A program made the translations under genes and the position numbers. From UHGV virus genome UHGV-0048455: a stretch of 33,129 nt of DNA. The stretch is one strand, 5' to 3'. Source of the stretch: a virus. How positions within the stretch are numbered: the stretch's first letter is position 1; each line of letters starts with the position of its first letter. The notes under the pieces are model-generated. The model ran no database searches, was not told the DNA's origin, and saw only the letters and a list, made by a program, of their open reading frames with translations. Shown piece after piece: positions 9,627 to 17,287 of this stretch.

Positions 9627-10100
9627 TTATCCTGTTACAACTTCTCCTTTGCCAGTTACAACAATAGTCAATGCAAACTCGCCACTATCTTCGGCAGCAC
9701 CACCTAAATCACTAAAGTTCAAAGTACAAGGTACTTTATACTTAGTATAAGTCAATGCTCCTTCTTGAACTCCTGTTAATAATTCAAATTGTACCAATTG
9801 ATTGTTGAATTGAGCAACAGTACCATCTTTGATTAATGTATGAATATCTCCTAATATTTTAACTATAGAAGCATTATTCATATCAATTTTAACAGTGGTA
9901 TCAATAGAGATGGCAGCACCAGTAATTATACTTCTTTGAATAGCATCGCACCAAACATACCAGTCTTGTTGCTCAAAATCAGTTGTCAAACCGACTTCAG
10001 TAGTTGTACACATGGCAGTAAATGCAGGTACTGCACTAGTACCAGTATTTAAACCTAAGTTTTTAATGACTTCTCTATTATTTACATAAAATTCATTCAT
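9627..10100 (-). CDS. Major tail (tube) protein
   Basis: 157 aa just upstream of the tape measure gene; C-terminal GGAAED..EF.LTI...G motif typical of siphophage tube proteins. Confidence 0.75.
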   Translation of the reverse strand: MNEFYVNNREVIKNLGLNTGTSAVPAFTAMCTTTEVGLTTDFEQQDWYVWCDAIQRSIITGAAISIDTTVKIDMNNASIVKILGDIHTLIKDGTVAQFNNQLVQFELLTGVQEGALTYTKYKVPCTLNFSDLGGAAEDSGEFALTIVVTGKGEVVTG

Positions 10101-10115
10101 ATTTACACTTCCTTT

Positions 10116-10565
10116 CTATAAATCGTTTTCATAAATCTTACTTATAATACATTGTAAGGTTGAATTATATCCAACTCTTCTGATATCCATGTACTCTATT
10201 GCTTGTGGATTAACATATTGAGTAAATATAATTTGCCACCTTTCCAATTTATTAGTTTCTTTATTTTCAACTTCTATTCTTTCCGATTTTCCTATTAGAT
10301 TACCTATTAATAAAGATAATTCTTTACACTCTCTAATTGTAAGTCCATATATATCAACCATATAATAATTATACATAGGAAATATATCGCCATAGAATAC
10401 TTGTTTTTGTCCGCTTTGTTCTTGCACGACTATTACCCTACTGTCATTATCATTTGTTGAATATTCGGCTTTTATTTTCCATTTGTCAGTGGTATAACCG
10501 CTAACTATATTTTGAAGATATTTAATTAAGATTAATTGTTTCTTTTCTAATAACTCTCTTGTCAT
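10116..10565 (-). CDS. Tail terminator / tail completion protein
   Basis: Size and position between neck genes and the major tail gene. Confidence 0.55.
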   Translation of the reverse strand: MTRELLEKKQLILIKYLQNIVSGYTTDKWKIKAEYSTNDNDSRVIVVQEQSGQKQVFYGDIFPMYNYYMVDIYGLTIRECKELSLLIGNLIGKSERIEVENKETNKLERWQIIFTQYVNPQAIEYMDIRRVGYNSTLQCIISKIYENDL

Positions 10566-10921
10566 TTCAATTCATTCTCCTTTATAGCAATTCCAACAAT
10601 ACTCTTTTTTTGCTTAGTATATATTTCTTGATACCATTTGCCAAAAGTACCAGGCTCAGTCCAATTAGTATTATTAGGCATAACCCATACATATTTAGCA
10701 TAGTTAGTATAAGAGCCTATATAATAATTTCCATCGCTTCCCCTAACTCCTGCTGCCATTGAAGTCTGTCTCATATGGACTACTCCTTTTCTTCTTGACA
10801 TAGGAATATGAGAAAATGTTCTATCAAGTGTCTGTCTTGCTATTGTATACATTATCTTATCAGAAACCTCTAATACTTCCTTTTTCTTTCCTGGATACCA
10901 ATTTACTTTAATATTAGCCAT
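10562..10921 (-). CDS. Neck / minor capsid protein (HK97 gp10-like)
   Basis: YAKYV..., NWTEPGT.GKW motifs; synteny. Confidence 0.6.
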   Translation of the reverse strand: MANIKVNWYPGKKKEVLEVSDKIMYTIARQTLDRTFSHIPMSRRKGVVHMRQTSMAAGVRGSDGNYYIGSYTNYAKYVWVMPNNTNWTEPGTFGKWYQEIYTKQKKSIVGIAIKENELK

Positions 10922-11241
10922 TATTTAACCACTATAATTTTATTCTCTACTCTATTAAATATCCAACTATCTTGAACTTTTAACACTGTATGGACTTTAT
11001 TATCAGCATATTTGCCTAAATAAATAATTTGGTCTCCTACTTTTACATCAACAAGTCTTCCAACTTGATAATAACCAGTAGCCTCAGGAACTGTATAAAT
11101 ACCGAACTTTATAGCACTTTCGCAATCATAAGGACAACATTTAATTGTGATTTCTTTATAATTAGTATCATCAAATATTTCATCATTTTCATCACGATTA
11201 AACTGCCTTAATGTTGCTTTCATACCATTTACTAGAAACAT
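10921..11241 (-). CDS. Head-closure / head-tail joining protein
   Basis: Probable start ATG 11241 (GGAGG RBS) rather than 11322; VKVGDQI motif; synteny. Confidence 0.55.
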   Translation of the reverse strand: MFLVNGMKATLRQFNRDENDEIFDDTNYKEITIKCCPYDCESAIKFGIYTVPEATGYYQVGRLVDVKVGDQIIYLGKYADNKVHTVLKVQDSWIFNRVENKIIVVK

Positions 11242-11242
11242 T

Positions 11243-11623
11243 TTATTCGCCTCCAAATGGTATAGTAAGAGCCATATTACTAGACATTGGTGTACCTCTA
11301 TATAGATATCCATTATTAGCAAGTATTCTTAGTGCTAAAGTAGAATAATCAGTCTTTAAAGGCGAACTCATTGTTCCTGCCTTTATATCTTTATCAAAAT
11401 CAACAAATGGAATGTCATGCTCTAATAAAAATCTCATTTGTTCCATAGAAGCATTTTTAATAGGCAAAGGGACACTAATTGCATCCCAACTAGCATCCCT
11501 ATATCTTAAGCCTATTTGTGAGAAAATCATCTCACTTACTGCTTCTATCTGCCAAGTTGAAATATCAGCATTTGCATAGTCTGGGTATTTATCCTCGAAC
11601 TCTGCTATTGTGAAAAATTGCAT
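11243..11623 (-). CDS. Head-tail adaptor (connector) protein
   Basis: Directly after the major capsid gene; IKNASMEQ and LANNGYLYRG motifs. Confidence 0.65.
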   Translation of the reverse strand: MQFFTIAEFEDKYPDYANADISTWQIEAVSEMIFSQIGLRYRDASWDAISVPLPIKNASMEQMRFLLEHDIPFVDFDKDIKAGTMSSPLKTDYSTLALRILANNGYLYRGTPMSSNMALTIPFGGE

Positions 11624-11642
11624 TTTCTCACTTCCTTTCTAA

Positions 11643-12800
11643 CTATTCAGCAATTTCAATTGTTCCATTGAATGCATTAGAATAGTTACCATATTTATCT
11701 ACACCATAGATTGAAACATTGAATGAACCTGCTTCTGTTGGTGTTCCAGTAACTTCTCCAGATGTTGCATTTAATGATAATCCAGCAGGAAGTCCACCAG
11801 CCTCATATTTAACAACTTCTGTACCAGAGAATGCTGTTTTTTGAGTATAATTTTGTCCAACTTTACCAGCATCGAATGAACCAGCATCAACTGTTGGAAT
11901 ACTTTCAACTAATTTAATAACTGCTTCTGGTCTAACTACTTTTGCTCCGAACATTACATTTCCCTCGACGCAGAAATATCCTGGATAGCCGGGCATTCCA
12001 TTTGGATATTGGTTCATTGAACTCCAGAATGTATCACCAACAACACCAACTTCATTAGCAAAGTATCCAACTACATTTGTATCTTTACCTTCTTTATCTT
12101 TTTCAATTACATTACTATTGATTTGGAATACACTAACACCATAAGCATTAGCAACTTGACCCATATCAACACCTTCAACACCTGCTCTTGTTTCATATTT
12201 AAGAATTGATGTTAAACTTGATACAAAGTAAGCATAAGCACTTGAACTTAGCCCTAATAAGTATCCATCATAGATATTTCTATCAAATAATTTAGATTTT
12301 AAATCATTAATTAATTCAATAGTTTCAGTTCCACTTGCTGGAGCCCATTTAGTGATTTGTCCATCAGTATAAGCCATTGAACCATCGGCAGGGCCTGTAA
12401 TATCAGCATTTAATTTATTAAAGCCATATACATCGATTTGTCTAGAGATTTGAGCCTCTTTTAATTCGATTTGTCCTTCGATTGCTCTTTCAATACCACT
12501 ACCCATTACTATAGGGCTTACTCTAAATGAATAGTCCATAGGTAATTCAGTTAAGTCAACTTTTACTGAATTGTAAGTAGCAAGTTCGTTTGTAATTCCT
12601 CCTTGTGCGATTTCTACATTATTTCTTACATTTAATGCAGTGTCTAATTGCTTAATAACCTCAATAATTGGAGTGCCAGTTCTTCCAACTTCAAACCATC
12701 TTCTGTCTAGCATTTTATAGAATTGAGAATTGTAAAGTAAATTAGCATAAGTTCTTTTCATTAAACCTTGTAGGTCTAAATTAACTCCTGTAAAATTCAT
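11643..12800 (-). CDS. Major capsid protein with C-terminal Ig-like (He_PIG) domain
   Basis: Follows the scaffold gene; FGAKVVRPEAV capsid C-terminal motif, then GLPAGLSLNATSGEVTGTPTEAGSF (He_PIG). Confidence 0.85.
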   Translation of the reverse strand: MNFTGVNLDLQGLMKRTYANLLYNSQFYKMLDRRWFEVGRTGTPIIEVIKQLDTALNVRNNVEIAQGGITNELATYNSVKVDLTELPMDYSFRVSPIVMGSGIERAIEGQIELKEAQISRQIDVYGFNKLNADITGPADGSMAYTDGQITKWAPASGTETIELINDLKSKLFDRNIYDGYLLGLSSSAYAYFVSSLTSILKYETRAGVEGVDMGQVANAYGVSVFQINSNVIEKDKEGKDTNVVGYFANEVGVVGDTFWSSMNQYPNGMPGYPGYFCVEGNVMFGAKVVRPEAVIKLVESIPTVDAGSFDAGKVGQNYTQKTAFSGTEVVKYEAGGLPAGLSLNATSGEVTGTPTEAGSFNVSIYGVDKYGNYSNAFNGTIEIAE

Positions 12801-12840
12801 AATTTCTTCCTCCTTTTCTTTCCTCTATATTTAACTAAAA

Positions 12841-13389
12841 TTACTTAGTTACAGGTATCATTAAATCTTTAATACTAGTACCTCTAGTTATCTTTATATC
12901 TTTACCAGTATTAGCATTATTTCCATTTACTCCACCCTCATTAGGTGCTTGTGTAAATGGTATATTATTCTTCTTTTCTGTTTCTGGGAAATATGTATTT
13001 TTAAATCTAGTTACTATTCCCTCAATTGCTTTATCATCATCTTTTTCATCAGCATAAAGACTATTCCTTAATTTAACTACTTCATCAAAGTTTTCTTCTT
13101 TAAAACCTCTCTTAACGAGTTTATTCTCTAGACTTAATCTACCCATCTTATCATTTGCTTCACTTAAAGTCTTGACAGTATTGTTGTAGTTAGTTTCTAG
13201 GTTTGTGTAGTCTCCTTGAAGTTTAGTATAATCTTCTTTTTTTACATAACCACTATAATCAGCCTTAGGAATATCACTATTCTTTGTATAGCCTTTATAA
13301 AGGTCTTTTTCCATTGCAGAAACATCTAGGTCATCATTACTTATAGTAATCTCTTTGTTTTTTAGATATTTAGTAATATCAAAATTCAT
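12841..13389 (-). CDS. Capsid scaffold protein
   Basis: Coiled coil; position between minor and major capsid genes; ATG 13389 is better spaced from AAGGAG than 13398. Confidence 0.7.
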   Translation of the reverse strand: MNFDITKYLKNKEITISNDDLDVSAMEKDLYKGYTKNSDIPKADYSGYVKKEDYTKLQGDYTNLETNYNNTVKTLSEANDKMGRLSLENKLVKRGFKEENFDEVVKLRNSLYADEKDDDKAIEGIVTRFKNTYFPETEKKNNIPFTQAPNEGGVNGNNANTGKDIKITRGTSIKDLMIPVTK

Positions 13390-13470
13390 ATTTATCATTC
13401 TCCTTTTTTTTTAGAAGTGATAAAAGTGTGTCGCGACTGCTAACCTTTTATAGACTTAATAGCAATTGGT

Positions 13471-14445
13471 CTATTTATTTAATTCTTTTATAGTAGCATT
13501 TATCTTTTTTATTTTAGCATTTGTTTTATCTACCTCACTTCCATTTCCTAAATCTTCATATATCTTTTTATCATTCTTTAATTTAGTTCTTTTTAGTTGT
13601 AGGGCTTGTATCTTTTGCTTTTTTTCATAATCTTCTTGCCACTTATCAGAATTATAATCATTTTCTTGTATTTGGTCTTTATCCCAATATATAGTCCATT
13701 GGTGCCTACAATTAGGATGACCTACACCTCCAGCAATTGCTTCTTCTTGCGGATAATATTTAATTCCATCAGAAGTATATCCACTCTTTCCCTCTTTACT
13801 ATATACCTTACCTTGATAAGGCATACATAAAGGGCAAGCGAATGTATGGGCTGGCAAGTATAAAAGTTCTTTTTCTAATAAATTAGCATCGTACATTGTC
13901 CTATTCCAACCTGCATGATTAAGATTAGTATTATAAAGCATTGAATTATAATCTGCTATGTTATGCCAACTTCTTACACTTCCATCTTTATTATGGTATG
14001 GTATGGTGGCTTGCACTTCATCATACTTAGTTACTAGTTTAGATAAATAACTTTCTCTATCTATATAACTTTTGTTTGCTGTTTTTCTTCTGCCTTTATA
14101 ATACTCATCAATGTTATATTTATATTTTTTCTCTACATTTTGGAATACTTTTTCACTTGCTAATTCATATATTTGTTTATATTCAGCATCAGGATTTATT
14201 ATTTTATTTCCCTCTAAATCTCTAGCCATTATCATATCTTCAAGTTCTTTTATTCTTTCAGCCATATATTTATGGTCTACCTTTTCCCATATTTTTGCAG
14301 TTTCTTTTTTGAACTCTGCTAGAGTTTTATTCTTATATAAGTAATCGAAGAATACTCGTTTAGTTTCATACATTAGTTTATAATATTCATTCTTTGAATA
14401 GTAAGCACTATCTTCTATAAATAAACTAAATGGGTCTTTTTTCAT
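13471..14445 (-). CDS. Minor capsid / head morphogenesis protein
   Basis: ACPLCMPYQGKVYS and HPNCRHQW motifs; follows the portal. Confidence 0.85.
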   Translation of the reverse strand: MKKDPFSLFIEDSAYYSKNEYYKLMYETKRVFFDYLYKNKTLAEFKKETAKIWEKVDHKYMAERIKELEDMIMARDLEGNKIINPDAEYKQIYELASEKVFQNVEKKYKYNIDEYYKGRRKTANKSYIDRESYLSKLVTKYDEVQATIPYHNKDGSVRSWHNIADYNSMLYNTNLNHAGWNRTMYDANLLEKELLYLPAHTFACPLCMPYQGKVYSKEGKSGYTSDGIKYYPQEEAIAGGVGHPNCRHQWTIYWDKDQIQENDYNSDKWQEDYEKKQKIQALQLKRTKLKNDKKIYEDLGNGSEVDKTNAKIKKINATIKELNK

Positions 14446-15809
14446 TATACTTCTCCAAACTTAACTTGTATTGCTTCTTCTTCCTCTTTATTCGCATTAA
14501 TTAATTCTTCTATTAATTTACTATTCTTTCCTACATAGTCATCATCAATTAACTTATTAAGGATAGGTGTTATTATCTTAGCCTTTACACTATATGGAAC
14601 ACTTCCAACGCTTTGAATTCTATTTAATACTTGAAGTTTCTTCATATCATTGAATTTCTCATTTGCTCCATAGTCCCAATTTAACTCACTAGGAATTAGA
14701 TTAACTTGGATGTTGTTCGCTTGCTGTGCTTTAACAACATTTTCAAGTAAATGATTTATTTGAGGCTCTATTTGTGTCTTTATTGCCTCAATAGTCATAT
14801 CAGAATTATTCTTACTTAAATCTATGCTATCGACATTCTGATAAGCATCTTTTTCATATCCAAATGTTGCAGGACTTAGTCCAGCCATTTGAATTACTTG
14901 ATAATCGCAAAACTTAAATGAACTAATATATTCATTAAATCTAATATTACCTTGTAAAAATTCAAATAATTGGTGGTCTTTATCCCCTGGCAATAAAGTA
15001 AAGTAATCTGCTAATTTACCAACACTTAATGTATCAACTTTGTAGTGATTAGAAGCAGGTTGCCAATTAGTTACTATATCACCACTTTGATAATGCTGGC
15101 TTGTTACTATCTTAGTTTTGGTCTTTTCTATTTCATCAACAAAGGTGTTGAATATTTCCATTTCTTCATTTAAGAATTTTTTACTATCTTTAAAGAAATT
15201 CTGACCTATATCTATATTAATTAGATTTTCATAGGGTAATATGTACTTAGCAATGTATTCATTGCCAGTTCTTAGATTAAATGTTCCTAAATCAACAGGT
15301 ATTAATTTACCACCTTTATCTTCTTTGTATACTTCCATAGTCATATAAGTAATACCATTCTCTAACTTAATATTTCTATGAAGTTCGTATATATCTTCTT
15401 TAGTAATAAACTCTTGTACGATAGTACCACTTATTACTTTATCATATTTTTGTACTAAATCGTGTATGTCTGATTTCTTAATACATTCTAGATATATCTT
15501 ATTATCAAACTTATTTATTAATATGAAACTTTCTTCTTCATATACTGCTAATTCTAGGCTCTCTTTAAGTGTAGGCATTAACCAGTTTATTGATAGTCCC
15601 TCTGTTTGTGTTACCAAGTCTGAGCCAAATATTTGATTAACTATATATGTAGCAACCTTTTTGCCACTAGGAGCGATTATATAGTCATTTTTCTTATAAA
15701 TATTAGGTTTACCATTAGTTATACCAGGTTGAGTTACTGTTGCCTCTACTCTTATATATGGAGCCTCTAAATAGTTGTATGCTGATTTTAATCTTACTTG
15801 ATTATTCAT
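14445..15809 (-). CDS. Portal protein
   Basis: 454 aa between TerL and the minor capsid gene; AGLSPATFG motif as in A118/SPP1-type portals. Confidence 0.8.
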   Translation of the reverse strand: MNNQVRLKSAYNYLEAPYIRVEATVTQPGITNGKPNIYKKNDYIIAPSGKKVATYIVNQIFGSDLVTQTEGLSINWLMPTLKESLELAVYEEESFILINKFDNKIYLECIKKSDIHDLVQKYDKVISGTIVQEFITKEDIYELHRNIKLENGITYMTMEVYKEDKGGKLIPVDLGTFNLRTGNEYIAKYILPYENLINIDIGQNFFKDSKKFLNEEMEIFNTFVDEIEKTKTKIVTSQHYQSGDIVTNWQPASNHYKVDTLSVGKLADYFTLLPGDKDHQLFEFLQGNIRFNEYISSFKFCDYQVIQMAGLSPATFGYEKDAYQNVDSIDLSKNNSDMTIEAIKTQIEPQINHLLENVVKAQQANNIQVNLIPSELNWDYGANEKFNDMKKLQVLNRIQSVGSVPYSVKAKIITPILNKLIDDDYVGKNSKLIEELINANKEEEEAIQVKFGEV

Positions 15810-16144
15810 TTAATATCAACTCCTTCATATATTAGAGTTTCAATATGAGCCTCTCTTTTCTTTTCATCAGTCAATTTATATTTATAACTTTGAACTACTA
15901 TTTGCACTTTTCTATTAGTTCCTAGTAAATGTATCATGCCTCTTACTTTTACTACATAGAACTTACCCATAGGAGCAAAGTCTTTATCTATCTTTCTTTT
16001 ATCTATGCATTGACCATTTAAATATAAATACAAAGTCCATTTTCTATTATTTTCGTAATTTAATCTTAATTTTTGCATAAATTCTGCAATTTTGCTGATT
16101 AATTTATTAAAAATGGCACTTATTTGCTTTATTAGAGTTCTCAT
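15806..16144 (-). CDS. Hypothetical protein
   Basis: Probable start ATG 16144 with AGAAAGGAG RBS; ATGA overlap with the portal gene. Confidence 0.7.
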   Translation of the reverse strand: MRTLIKQISAIFNKLISKIAEFMQKLRLNYENNRKWTLYLYLNGQCIDKRKIDKDFAPMGKFYVVKVRGMIHLLGTNRKVQIVVQSYKYKLTDEKKREAHIETLIYEGVDIK

Positions 16145-16174
16145 TTTTAACTCCTTTCTATGTGTATAAATAAT

Positions 16175-16206
16175 AAAAAACATATAGTTATCTCTTTAAC
16201 TATATG
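16175..16206 (-). terminator. Intrinsic terminator
   Basis: CATATAGTTA-N6-TAACTATATG perfect 10-bp stem (16181-16206) followed by T6 on the minus strand. Confidence 0.75.
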
Positions 16207-16252
16207 CTTCTTATGTTTACGACACACTTTTTCGCACTTTTCTATCTCTTAA

Positions 16253-16281
16253 ATTATAGCATAATTATTTGCTATTGTCAA
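16253..16281 (-). promoter_or_regulatory. Consensus SigA-type promoter
   Basis: TTGACA (16281-16276), N17, TATAAT (16258-16253), with TG extended -10. Confidence 0.8.
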
Positions 16282-16480
16282 CATCTCTTTTATAACTCTT
16301 TACGTGATTATAATGTGATGGGTATATCTCATATTCTTCTATCATTTTACATTTTTGACAAGGTATTTTTATTCTTAATGGAGTTGTTATATCTATACCC
16401 ATCTTTTTTAAATTATTATAATATTCTTCTATGTTTATCTCTAATAAAAATCTTTTACTAGCCTTACACCTTAGTTCCAT
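16265..16480 (-). CDS. Small zinc-ribbon protein, Mu Com-like
   Basis: ELRCKASKRFLL...IKIPCQKCK resembles the Com pattern, with the second Cys replaced by Ser; AGGAGG RBS. Confidence 0.5.
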   Translation of the reverse strand: MELRCKASKRFLLEINIEEYYNNLKKMGIDITTPLRIKIPCQKCKMIEEYEIYPSHYNHVKSYKRDVDNSK

Positions 16481-16489
16481 TTATTCCTC

Positions 16490-16723
16490 CTAAACAATTG
16501 GACATTTATCTTGTTCTTTCCATTCTGCAAGTAGATATCTGCAATTATGAACTACAATTCCATTAGCAATAAAATTATGTACTTCTTCTACCTCCATATT
16601 ATAAACATCTTCTTTATTTGGAAGCTTTTTTATTTCTACTGGGGTAGCAATTATAACATTGCTTTCTTTTTGAATATTTGTTAACTTCAAATTTTTCTCC
16701 ACATTTGATACATTTTTTTTCAA
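16490..16723 (-). CDS. Split intein C-half (IntC, 60 aa) + TerL C-extein (17 aa)
   Basis: DVYNMEVEEVHNFIANGIVVHN (intein blocks F/G) followed by C+1 (CRYLLAEW...); TTG start with AGGAG SD 9 nt upstream, inside the HNH gene. Confidence 0.9.
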   Translation of the reverse strand: MKKNVSNVEKNLKLTNIQKESNVIIATPVEIKKLPNKEDVYNMEVEEVHNFIANGIVVHNCRYLLAEWKEQDKCPIV

Positions 16724-17240
16724 TATTATCTACTCCTATTTTTCTTCTATAAGCACTTTTACATTTATTAGAACAAAATTTATTTCTGCCATTACAAATT
16801 GAATAATAATCTTTCCCACAATTTTCACAAGTAATTTTTTGCGGTTTCATTTTCCCTAGAGAAATTTTATATTGTTCTTTATGGAATTTTTCTGCTTTTT
16901 TTGATTTATGCCATTCTATTGCTTTTGGTCTTGCCTTTTCATTAAAATTCTTTATTTTTTTTGCTTTTTGTTCTTCGGTTAATTCTTTTGAATGTAATAT
17001 GCTATGTTCTCTTTTTAATAGCATTTTAAGGTTGCTTATTTCATTGTTATCTTTATTATGGTCTATATGGTGTATATCATAACCTTTTGGTATTTCTCCA
17101 TTATACTTTTCCCATATATAAATGTGTAAACGTTTTCTTCTATTGCCAATATTGGTAGAAGATAAATAATAATTATCTCTTGTATTTTTCTTAAATTTAT
17201 AACCATCAACATAAGCATAATCATTTTCATATTTTATCAT
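16614..17240 (-). CDS. HNH homing endonuclease with C-terminal zinc ribbons
   Basis: LHIYIWE..NGEIPKGYDIHHIDHNKDNNEISNL (HNH_3 pattern); CENC, FCSNKC, CIKC, CYNC; own AGGAG RBS and promoter. Confidence 0.9.
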   Translation of the reverse strand: MIKYENDYAYVDGYKFKKNTRDNYYLSSTNIGNRRKRLHIYIWEKYNGEIPKGYDIHHIDHNKDNNEISNLKMLLKREHSILHSKELTEEQKAKKIKNFNEKARPKAIEWHKSKKAEKFHKEQYKISLGKMKPQKITCENCGKDYYSICNGRNKFCSNKCKSAYRRKIGVDNIEKKCIKCGEKFEVNKYSKRKQCYNCYPSRNKKASK

Positions 17241-17258
17241 ACAATCATCTCCTAATTA

Positions 17259-17287
17259 ATTATACAATAAATATCTAATCGTGTCAA
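17259..17287 (-). promoter_or_regulatory. Consensus SigA-type promoter for HNH and IntC
   Basis: TTGACA (17287-17282), N17, TATAAT (17264-17259); the -35 box contains the TGA stop of TerL-IntN. Confidence 0.8.

Noticed and set aside
16614..17283. Group I intron interrupting terL
   Set aside because: There is no room for a ribozyme core (43-nt gap upstream, overlap downstream), and intein motifs explain both flanks.
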